From: Methylotenera sp. | GTDB lineage: Bacteria; Pseudomonadota; Gammaproteobacteria; Burkholderiales; Methylophilaceae | NCBI GenBank assembly: GCA_049302535.1 | Contig: JBAQME010000102.1 | Span: 1 to 53,099 of the forward strand | DNA length: 53,099 nucleotides | Reading direction: 5' to 3' | Part shown: positions 37,513-45,964 of the stretch, piece by piece | Layout of the letters: each line of letters begins with the position of its first letter | How positions within the stretch are numbered: position 1 is the stretch's first letter | Position numbers and translations under genes: made by a program | Notes under the pieces: model-generated | Databases searched by the model: none | What the model saw: the letters and a program-made list of their open reading frames with translations, nothing else | Told to the model about the DNA's origin: nothing

Positions 37513-39969
37513 CTAAGTTTCATCTGCGCCCAACAAATTGACTTCGCCGGAGGTCCCGCTGGCGTATCCCAAAAGCCCCTCAGGGTTTACGCGCAGTGCG
37601 GCACCCACAGGACAGGCACGTACGCATACAGGACCATCTGCAATGTCTTTACACATGTCGCATTTGACAGCAACTTTGGTGCCTTCAGCTGTAGGTGGTA
37701 TTTTAGGACTAACTCCAAGCAGCATCTGCCATAGGCTGCGTTCAGGCTGATCATGAATGACTGCCATCTGAATCACGTCGTAAGGGCAGTTCTGTTGGCA
37801 GTTACCGCAACCGATACAACTATCATCGATATATACTTCGCCGTGAGAGGCGCGATGAATCGCATCAGGCGGGCAGTCTTTCATGCAATGCGGATGCTCG
37901 CAATGGCGACAGGAAGTCGGTACTCGGATATTCGCGAAAATGGGGCCTGTTTCACGGTCCAGGCGCGTTGCCCCGCCATGGGTATCAGCACAAGCTTCTT
38001 CACAATGATTGCAACGTATACATAAGGATTCATCGATCAACAGCACATCAGTTGCTTCCCCAACGCCTTGCTGAATCAGGAATGAAATTAAATTGGATTG
38101 TGTGGATTGGCTAGTGAAGGTGCCGCTGCCGTCCGATGCATTCTCCAGCTGTTGCCTTTTTTCCTGTTCTTGCAGATGTTGGAGATATCGGGCATCAAGC
38201 GAACTGCGAATTTCCGGATTACGCGCAATAATATCGCGCATACGATCCGCTTTGATCAGCACCGCATCCGTAGCTACGGCTGCGCGTACCGTAGCATAAC
38301 GCGGTTCACCGGAAACGAGAGACATTTCCCCGATATAATTACCGGCAGCCACATAAAACAGTACAACCTCTCTGCCGGCAATGATGCGTGAAACGGTGAC
38401 TGAGCCACTTTGAATCAGGTACAGTCCATCAGCCTCATCGCCTTCATGGAAAAGCTCCTCGCCAGCGTTGAAGCTCTTCAGCGTAGCATGGCTCGCTACG
38501 TCATTGAGTTCTTCTTCGCTCAACGAAAGCCCGATGCAGACTTGAACAACACTCTTGATGGCAACTTCATTCAGCGTGCGGCGCATAGACTGTACGGAAT
38601 TGATGAGTTTCTGCATCACCCGGCGCGGGGTTTCAATCAGCACACATTTGCTGCGCGCGCGCACTGTTCCCGGTCGGCGGCGACCGGATACCAGCGCCAG
38701 TTCCCCAAAAAAATCTCCCGTTTTGAGTTCTGCATCCGGGATGTTGTCTTCGTCGATTAAAACATCCAGTTCACCTTCAATAATAAAAAAGAAGGTTGTG
38801 CTGTAATCGTTACGCTTGAAGATAATATCGCCAGGCTCGGGCAACAGGATATTGCTTTCCAGCACCAGTTCACGTAATTGCAGGGTGCTGAGCATTGCCA
38901 GCAAGGGTACATTTTTTTGTATTTTTACCAATACGTCATCTACGCCACGGTCTGCGCAGAAGCTGGCAAATTTCTCGCGTAATAACGCTGTGTCAGCAGA
39001 CTCTACCGGTTTGCCGAGTATGTGCTCAATAACTTCGTAGCCCTGGTTAATCCCTTGCTTAATTAATGGGTAGCCTGCGAGCGCGCCTACAATGTAGAGT
39101 CCCGGAACGTTTGATTCATAACTTGCTGAAAGTAGGGGTAGCGCGCCCAAGTCGGGCGTTGGAAAAGATACACCGAAGTTTTCCAGCACAGGTCGAGAGG
39201 GTAAAGCACCAAGACGGGCGATTACCCGGTGACAAGGAATGCGTTCAATACCATTCGGGGTGTTGGCAAAAAGGGTGATTGGAAACTCTCCCTCAGTGTT
39301 TTCTTCAATGGATTGGGGTTTTGTTTGTAACAACCAGTCCACGGCCCCTTTTTGTCGTGCTTCTGTTAAATGATTAAGGTTGCTATCTTTAAGGTTGCTA
39401 AAATCTTCAGCACGATTAAGAATAATCACTTGATTGCGGCCAGTCAGCGCAAGCGCGTTTTCAACGCCAGTATCACCACCACCAATGACGACGATTGTTT
39501 CATTTTGATAAGCCTGAGGGTCATCCAATTGGTACTGCACCTGGGGTAGATCGCCTCCCGGAATTTCCAACTTACGTAAATTACCCTGAACACCAATTGC
39601 CAGAACTACATGATCTGCCGTGAGTTTTTCACCATCGTCCAATTTGATTTCAAGATATTTTTCACCACGTTTAATTCCTGTAACCTTAGCGTTATAACGT
39701 ATGTTGATTTTGTGATCAGCAATGGTTTTTTCCCAGGTTTCAAGTACGGATTCCCGTAACGATGCGCTAAACGGCAACGGGCTGCGAAGCGGCAATCCAC
39801 GCGGCTCGGCCATGACCAATTTGCGTCGCTGATAATTACGAATAGTATTGGCCGCTGCTTCCGATGCCTCAAGCAGTAGATAATCCACGCCGTGCTCGGC
39901 AGCACGTGTAGCGGCAGACAGGCCGCTAGGCCCGGCACCGATAATAATAATGTTGAAGTGTTTGCGCAT
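37513..39969 (-). CDS. FAD/NAD(P)H oxidoreductase - 2x cyclic-nucleotide-binding - 4x[4Fe-4S] ferredoxin fusion
   Basis: IIGAGPSGL (FAD), VIGGGDTG (NAD(P)), VPGLYIVGA; cNMP cassettes FFGELAL....R and YIGEMSL...PR.AT; CIRCNHC...C, CRHC....C...CP, CIGCGNC...CP and CDMC...C...CP. Confidence 0.88.
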   Translation of the reverse strand: MRKHFNIIIIGAGPSGLSAATRAAEHGVDYLLLEASEAAANTIRNYQRRKLVMAEPRGLPLRSPLPFSASLRESVLETWEKTIADHKINIRYNAKVTGIKRGEKYLEIKLDDGEKLTADHVVLAIGVQGNLRKLEIPGGDLPQVQYQLDDPQAYQNETIVVIGGGDTGVENALALTGRNQVIILNRAEDFSNLKDSNLNHLTEARQKGAVDWLLQTKPQSIEENTEGEFPITLFANTPNGIERIPCHRVIARLGALPSRPVLENFGVSFPTPDLGALPLLSASYESNVPGLYIVGALAGYPLIKQGINQGYEVIEHILGKPVESADTALLREKFASFCADRGVDDVLVKIQKNVPLLAMLSTLQLRELVLESNILLPEPGDIIFKRNDYSTTFFFIIEGELDVLIDEDNIPDAELKTGDFFGELALVSGRRRPGTVRARSKCVLIETPRRVMQKLINSVQSMRRTLNEVAIKSVVQVCIGLSLSEEELNDVASHATLKSFNAGEELFHEGDEADGLYLIQSGSVTVSRIIAGREVVLFYVAAGNYIGEMSLVSGEPRYATVRAAVATDAVLIKADRMRDIIARNPEIRSSLDARYLQHLQEQEKRQQLENASDGSGTFTSQSTQSNLISFLIQQGVGEATDVLLIDESLCIRCNHCEEACADTHGGATRLDRETGPIFANIRVPTSCRHCEHPHCMKDCPPDAIHRASHGEVYIDDSCIGCGNCQQNCPYDVIQMAVIHDQPERSLWQMLLGVSPKIPPTAEGTKVAVKCDMCKDIADGPVCVRACPVGAALRVNPEGLLGYASGTSGEVNLLGADET

Positions 39970-40200
39970 GAAGGGTTTAATTATACTTTTTTACTGCGAT
40001 TAAATGGTGTCATATACCAAGTTATAAGTCAAAATACACTCTATATTTTCAAATCAGGCGGGTATGAATATTTATAAATGTTGACTGACTTTAATGCAGG
40101 CCGATTTTAGTAATAAATGTACATAATCCTTTCATGTGAAGGCAATAATCGGTTGTTTTTTGTATGATCAAGCTGTTTATTTACCATCTGCGAGGAAAAT

Positions 40201-40656
40201 ATGGACAAATTTATGCAAGCTGCAATTGCTGAAGCCCGACTCGGTTTGGCAGAGGGCGGTATTCCCATTGGCTCGGTTATTGTGCATCAAGGGCGTATTA
40301 TAGGTCGCGGGCATAATCAGCGCATCCAACGCAGCAGTGCTATTCTGCACGGCGAGATGGCCGCGTTCGAGAACGCAGGGCGCCAGTCCGCCAAGGTTTA
40401 CCATGAGTCAGTCCTTTACACCACCTTGTCGCCTTGTGCGATGTGTACTGGAGCCATCCTGCTCTATGGTATTCCCAAAGTGGTTATCGGTGAAAACCAA
40501 ACCTTTAAAGGGGAGGAGGATTTGCTGCTATCTCGAGGGGTGTGGGTTGAGGTCTTGCAGGATAGTAGCTGTATAGAATTGATGCGGGGTTTTATTGCCA
40601 GCAAACCTCAGCTTTGGAATGAAGATATCGGTGTTGATGAAGCTGATATTGGCTAA
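40201..40656 (+). CDS. Zn-dependent cytosine/nucleoside deaminase (fungal FCY1-like)
   Basis: EGGIPIGS, GHN.R.Q, HGE, LYTTLSPCAMC and C-terminal WNEDIG. Confidence 0.88.
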   Translation: MDKFMQAAIAEARLGLAEGGIPIGSVIVHQGRIIGRGHNQRIQRSSAILHGEMAAFENAGRQSAKVYHESVLYTTLSPCAMCTGAILLYGIPKVVIGENQTFKGEEDLLLSRGVWVEVLQDSSCIELMRGFIASKPQLWNEDIGVDEADIG

Positions 40657-40704
40657 CCAATCGGATAGCATAGTGCCGGTGACATAGGTTCAACCCGACA
40701 GAAC

Positions 40705-43700
40705 TTAATTTAGAAGTATTTCACCTTTATGCAGTAACTGCACAAAATCATCCTCTGGCACGGGCTTGCTAAACAGGTAACCTTGAATTTGATCGCACTG
40801 TTTATCCCGCAAAAAATCCAGCTGTTCTTGAGTTTCTACCCCTTCTGCAATGGTTTTAAATCCGAGACTCTTGGCCATGCCGATAATAGCAGTGATGATC
40901 GCTGCATCTTCAGGATGACGGTCCAGGTCGTGCACAAATGACTGGTCTATTTTAAGATTGTCAATTTTGAATCGCTTCAGGTAGCTTAGTGAGGAATAGC
41001 CCGTGCCAAAATCATCAATTGAAAGCCTGACGCCGAGCGTATTTAGTTGATTAAGCACGCTGATAGTGCGTTCTGAATTTTCCATGGCAATACCCTCGGT
41101 CATTTCCAGTTCGAGCATCGCTGGATCCAGCCCGGATTCGCGCAAAGCCTGGTAGACAGACTGGTAGAGTGAGTCTTGGCGAAACTGTACTAAAGAAAGA
41201 TTAATCGCAACGGGTACAATGGCTATTCCGTCTGCTTGCCATTGCGCGATTTGCCGTACCGCAGTATTTAATACCCAATTGCCGATTTCGTTAATAATAC
41301 CGCTCTCTTCAGCAATGGGGATAAAGCTTGCTGGTGATACCAGCCCTTTTTGTGGGTGTTGCCAGCGTATCAGTGCTTCGGCGCCAATAATTTTTGAGGT
41401 GCTTGCATCTATCTTTGGTTGGTAATAGAGCAGGAATTCATCTTGTTCCAATGCACGCCGTAACTCATTTTCAATATGGAGCACTTCATTGGCCTGCTCG
41501 TGCATCTGTTGAGTAAAGAACTGAAAATTATTACGACCTGCTTGCTTTGCTCGGTAAAGGGCGGCATCTGCAGATTGTGCCAACTGATCAAAGTTATCAC
41601 CATCTTGTGGAAACTCGGCAATGCCAATACTGGACGTCAGTGTGATACGTTGTGCATCAAAGGTAAATGGCCTGGAAATGATATCCAGCATTTTTTTTGC
41701 AACATGGGCAGCGCCTTCTGCATCGGTATCAGGCAGTAGCAAGACAAATTCATCACCACCCTGGCGACTGAGCGTATCGTCTGGACGCAAGCTCTTGGCC
41801 AGGCGTACTGAAAGCTCTTTAAGTAACTCGTCTCCGGCATTGGGACCGAGTGACTCGTTAATAATTTTAAAACGGTCCAAGTCAAGGTATAGCAATGCAA
41901 CAAAATGATGGGCACGTTTTGCTGTAGCTAATGCCAGTTTAGCCCGGTCGCGGAGCAGATTGCGATTGGGAAGCAGGGTGAGCGGGTCGAAATTACTAAG
42001 AAACTGAATACGCTCCTCAGCAAGTTTGTGTTCAGATAGATCGCTAATGATGGCGATGTGTTGCGTGATCTTGCCGTCCTGATTTCGAACAGTGCTGATT
42101 GAAAGCCGTTGTGGATACAGTTCGCCGTCCTTGCGCCGGTTGAGCAGTTCCCCTTGCCAGTAGCCCGTGTTGATAATCTGCCGCCACATCGTTTTGTAAA
42201 AGGTTTTGCTCAGCGTACCGGATGCCAGTATACGAGGGTTTTTACCAATGACTTCCTCAGCTGTATAACCGGTAATCTCGGTGAAAGCCTTATTAACAGA
42301 AAGGATGGTGTTGTCAGTATCGGTGGTTATGATACCCTCGCGACTGAATTCAAAGACCTGTGCATTAATACGTAAATTTTGCTCTGCCACCTTGCGATCC
42401 GTGATGTCTAACCAGGCACCGACTGCCTCTGATGGGTTTCCAGAACTATCCCGGATGAGCATTAGCTGATCTTCAATCCAGACAACCCTGCCATCAGCAT
42501 GTAAAAAGCGATATTGATGGTTCAGCGAGCCCTGTTCTAACAAGCGTTGCTGTGCTTGCAAGACGATTGGTTGATCTTCAGGGTGAATATGGTTAATCCA
42601 GAACTTGGGGGTGTACCAGTCTTCACTTGGGTACCCCGTTAATTTTTGAATGGCAATGCCAATAAAATCAACGATAAAATCGCTATGATCGGGCTGAAAT
42701 TTTAATGAGTAAACAATTGCCGGGTTAACATTAAGAATATGATTGATGCGATCATATGCGTTTTTTAAATCATGTGTCAGTTGTTGTCGTTGTGTTTCAC
42801 GATCAAAATTATCCAATGCAAAACTGATATCGAAAGTCAATTCATTAAGCAAGTTGATCGCTTCTTCATCAAAGCCTTGAGTAGCGGAATGGTACACGGT
42901 GAGCACAGCAAAGGGTTTGCCATTGCGCTGGATTGGGAAAGTGGCTGCAGAACCCCAGCCATATTGGGCTGCGCGGTCATGCCAATGTTTTGTAATAGGA
43001 TTAGTAAGATAGTCATTGATGATAACTGTCCGATTCTCTCTCAGTGCAGTACCGGTTGGGCCTTGTCCTTCCGGCAAGTCTTTTTTAACTGAAATCATTA
43101 AGTTATCAACGTAGTCAACCCCGTTGCCATAAACGGCAACGGGCAACACTCGTGAACTTGCTTCATCCAGCTGACCAATCCAGGCCATTTTCATCCCACC
43201 GAAATCCACCGCACACTGGCATACCAACGGGAATAAATCACTTTCATCATTCATGCGCACAATCGCCTGGTTTATCTCGCTAAGTGCCTGATAGAGTTGA
43301 GTTAAGCGCTTAATGCGTTCTTCAGCTTTTTTTCTTTCCGTAAGATCACGAATAATCACAAAATAATTACTGCCTTCCAGCTTGCGGCAGCCAATCTCGG
43401 CCGTAAATTCGCTACCATCCTTACGTACATATACGCATTCTTCATGCAGGGGCCTGCCTGCCATTACCTCCCTGACACTGGGTTCCAAACGGACCAATTC
43501 ATGCTTTGCTAAAATGTCGGGTAAGCGCATTTTTAACAGTGTCTCGCGCTCATACCCCAGCAACATCAAGGCAGCATTATTGATTTCCAGAAAGCTGTGG
43601 TCTCGGTTCAAAACCAGAACGCCATCGCCCGCCTGATCGAATAGTTTTTGATACCGTGCATCGGCACTTTGTTGGCTTCTGATTAGAAACCACGTTAATA

Positions 43701-44718
43701 AACTCAGCAGCATTGTGAGTGCTATGCCCACTAAAGCGACCAGTTCCGGTTTGTCAGACGTTAAGATACGCTCCTTAAAAGCGGGGGTTGTGCTTAGCAG
43801 CAATGTCCATTGAGTGCCGCCAATATCCAGCGTGCGGCTTGTCAGCAGCCGGCCCTCGGCACGCCTTTCGTCGAAGTGTGTTTTGTCGGAATGGTACAAA
43901 CGGGAAATGTCCGATAACTGCATACCATCATGAATTTCGAGGTCGAGATCAGGGGCAATTTCACCACGCAATCCTGCCATGAAATCATTCATGCGGAAGG
44001 GCACATCTACCCAGCCAGTAATTGCCGCACGCCTTTCGGCCAAGGTGTTAAGTATTGCATCTTTTTTATAGATGGGCAGGTACATAACAAAAGCATTTAC
44101 ATTGGATTTGCCTGCGTCCTGTACCAAGGTGAAGTGGGAGGTAATCCTAATATCGTTAGCATCTCGTGACTGTTCCATGGCAATTCTGGCAGGGGGAACA
44201 GTGAGCGGATCAAAGCCTAGCGCCAATGCATTTTCTTTATCGAAAGGTTCCATATGCGTGATTGGCGCATAGATATCACGGTTTCCCTCAGGCTTAATCT
44301 GATATTTAGGAAAACCCAGCTTACGAATTTCAGCAATATGGCGGTCTTTTTCCCCGGGTTTTATTAACTCAACCAGCCCAACGCCTTTTAAACCTAAATC
44401 GGTTTCCAATCGGAGGGATTGTATGTAATCGTGGAATTCATCAGCGGTGACATGATGAGAGCCATCAATATGTCCCTTTACGCCACGCATTATTACCTGG
44501 AAAGCATTTAAACGGCTATGAATATTGTTGGCTGTAATATCTGCTGCAGATTCTAATGCGATACGTAATTTTTTAGTGTCATCCTGTTGTGCGCGCCACC
44601 ATAGATTAGTGGTGAGGACAGACCCGATCAGCAGCACAATACCTGACAGCAGCCAAGGCATCATCCTTGAGCTCATCATGCTGACAATACGTTTTTTAAG
44701 TATCGGTAACAGCGTCAT
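40705..44718 (-). CDS. Membrane-anchored CHASE-PAS-GAF-PAS-PAS-GGDEF-EAL diguanylate cyclase/phosphodiesterase
   Basis: Two TM helices flank a CHASE region (Y.PI...EP...N..ALGFD); PAS/PAC repeats; GAF; RPDD..RQGGDEF (I-site plus active site); AEALIRW, ELE.TE, DDFGTGYSS, EGVET and QGYLFS. Confidence 0.9.
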   Translation of the reverse strand: MTLLPILKKRIVSMMSSRMMPWLLSGIVLLIGSVLTTNLWWRAQQDDTKKLRIALESAADITANNIHSRLNAFQVIMRGVKGHIDGSHHVTADEFHDYIQSLRLETDLGLKGVGLVELIKPGEKDRHIAEIRKLGFPKYQIKPEGNRDIYAPITHMEPFDKENALALGFDPLTVPPARIAMEQSRDANDIRITSHFTLVQDAGKSNVNAFVMYLPIYKKDAILNTLAERRAAITGWVDVPFRMNDFMAGLRGEIAPDLDLEIHDGMQLSDISRLYHSDKTHFDERRAEGRLLTSRTLDIGGTQWTLLLSTTPAFKERILTSDKPELVALVGIALTMLLSLLTWFLIRSQQSADARYQKLFDQAGDGVLVLNRDHSFLEINNAALMLLGYERETLLKMRLPDILAKHELVRLEPSVREVMAGRPLHEECVYVRKDGSEFTAEIGCRKLEGSNYFVIIRDLTERKKAEERIKRLTQLYQALSEINQAIVRMNDESDLFPLVCQCAVDFGGMKMAWIGQLDEASSRVLPVAVYGNGVDYVDNLMISVKKDLPEGQGPTGTALRENRTVIINDYLTNPITKHWHDRAAQYGWGSAATFPIQRNGKPFAVLTVYHSATQGFDEEAINLLNELTFDISFALDNFDRETQRQQLTHDLKNAYDRINHILNVNPAIVYSLKFQPDHSDFIVDFIGIAIQKLTGYPSEDWYTPKFWINHIHPEDQPIVLQAQQRLLEQGSLNHQYRFLHADGRVVWIEDQLMLIRDSSGNPSEAVGAWLDITDRKVAEQNLRINAQVFEFSREGIITTDTDNTILSVNKAFTEITGYTAEEVIGKNPRILASGTLSKTFYKTMWRQIINTGYWQGELLNRRKDGELYPQRLSISTVRNQDGKITQHIAIISDLSEHKLAEERIQFLSNFDPLTLLPNRNLLRDRAKLALATAKRAHHFVALLYLDLDRFKIINESLGPNAGDELLKELSVRLAKSLRPDDTLSRQGGDEFVLLLPDTDAEGAAHVAKKMLDIISRPFTFDAQRITLTSSIGIAEFPQDGDNFDQLAQSADAALYRAKQAGRNNFQFFTQQMHEQANEVLHIENELRRALEQDEFLLYYQPKIDASTSKIIGAEALIRWQHPQKGLVSPASFIPIAEESGIINEIGNWVLNTAVRQIAQWQADGIAIVPVAINLSLVQFRQDSLYQSVYQALRESGLDPAMLELEMTEGIAMENSERTISVLNQLNTLGVRLSIDDFGTGYSSLSYLKRFKIDNLKIDQSFVHDLDRHPEDAAIITAIIGMAKSLGFKTIAEGVETQEQLDFLRDKQCDQIQGYLFSKPVPEDDFVQLLHKGEILLN

Positions 44719-44837
44719 GTATTATGTATAAAGCTTATTGTTATTTTTTGTATTTGAAGTTTACACTAAGATTTAATTGTTTCAAGTGAACTTGGAATAT
44801 GAGCAAACTTGCGGCATGCCGGTATGGTAGAACTAAA

Positions 44838-45962
44838 TTAGGCCATCTGGCTGATGGTCTTGCGGAAGTGGGTCAGGGCAACAATAAAAAATACCAAGCC
44901 AATTGCAATGATGGCGAGGAACTGAGGCCAAACCACCTCTAACCCGGCGCCACGATAAAGTATCGCCTGGGCAGCAGATACAAAGTGCGTAGTAGGCGCA
45001 CTAAGCATCACGGTTTGCACGAACGCCGGCATGCTCTCACGAGGTGTCGCTCCGCCTGATAGCATCTCCAGCGGCATTAGTATCAGTACCATCAGCAAAC
45101 CGAATTGCGGCATGGATCGTGCGAAAGTTGCCATCAATATGCCCATTGAAGTGGTGGCGAACAAATGCAATGCCGCGCAGGCTAAAAATAGCATCACAGA
45201 ACCTTCGATTGGTACTTGCAGCGCGCCCTGCACAACGAAAACAATGGAAAATGCAGTTGCCAGCAATACTACCAAACCCATGGACCAGACCTTGGCCAGC
45301 ATGATCTCGCCTGGGGACACCGGCATTACCAGCAGATGTTCGATTGTGCCGTGCTCTCGTTCACGAATCAAGGCTGCTCCGGTTAGTATGATTGATAACA
45401 TGGTGACAGAATTGATGAGTTCCATCAGCGCACCGAACCAGACCGGGGTCAGTGAGGGATTGAAACGTGCCCGCAAAACCAGGTCAACCGGCGATGTGGC
45501 ACTGCCGCGGTATCGTTGCACGAATTCGTTAACTTCACTAAGGGCAATCTGCTGGATGTAACTGCTACCGGTAAAAGCTTGGCTCATGCGCGTGGCATCC
45601 ACGTTGAGTTGTATTGTAGGTGAGCGTCCAGCCAGTACGTCGCGTTGAAAATTCGGGGGGATATCCAAAACAAAGGTGTAATCGCCGGAGTCCAGGCCTG
45701 GATCAACCGCTGTAAGCGTTATCATTTTCGGAGACTGAAAGTGCGGTGGGTAAAAAGCCGCGGCGATGCGTGCTGATAGCGGAGTTCCGTCTTCATCGAC
45801 AATGGCGATTGACGCTTTATGCAGCGAATCCGGCATGGCAGTGGCAGCAATGTAGATCGAAACCGAAAAAGTATAGACGATTAGAACCATCATGATCGGG
45901 TCGCGCATGAGGCTCCACAGTTCCTTGATTCCCAGTCTGTAAATATTGCTGGCGCGGCTCAT
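44838..45962 (-). CDS. yhhJ: ABC-2 type permease, YhhJ-like
   Basis: NIYRLGIKELWSL.RD, AALIREREHGTIEHLLVMP, ARSMPQFGLL and LSGG.TPRESMP. Confidence 0.88.
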   Translation of the reverse strand: MSRASNIYRLGIKELWSLMRDPIMMVLIVYTFSVSIYIAATAMPDSLHKASIAIVDEDGTPLSARIAAAFYPPHFQSPKMITLTAVDPGLDSGDYTFVLDIPPNFQRDVLAGRSPTIQLNVDATRMSQAFTGSSYIQQIALSEVNEFVQRYRGSATSPVDLVLRARFNPSLTPVWFGALMELINSVTMLSIILTGAALIREREHGTIEHLLVMPVSPGEIMLAKVWSMGLVVLLATAFSIVFVVQGALQVPIEGSVMLFLACAALHLFATTSMGILMATFARSMPQFGLLMVLILMPLEMLSGGATPRESMPAFVQTVMLSAPTTHFVSAAQAILYRGAGLEVVWPQFLAIIAIGLVFFIVALTHFRKTISQMA

Positions 45963-45964
45963 TT

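Noticed and set aside
39970..40200. CRP/FNR box upstream of the cNMP operon
   Set aside because: Only partial half-sites (e.g. TTGAC-N4-TTTAA) in AT-rich DNA; not distinguishable from chance.
45031..45561. 176-aa plus-strand ORF and other short ORFs across 45-50.6 kb
   Set aside because: Antisense shadows of well-supported GC-rich efflux genes.
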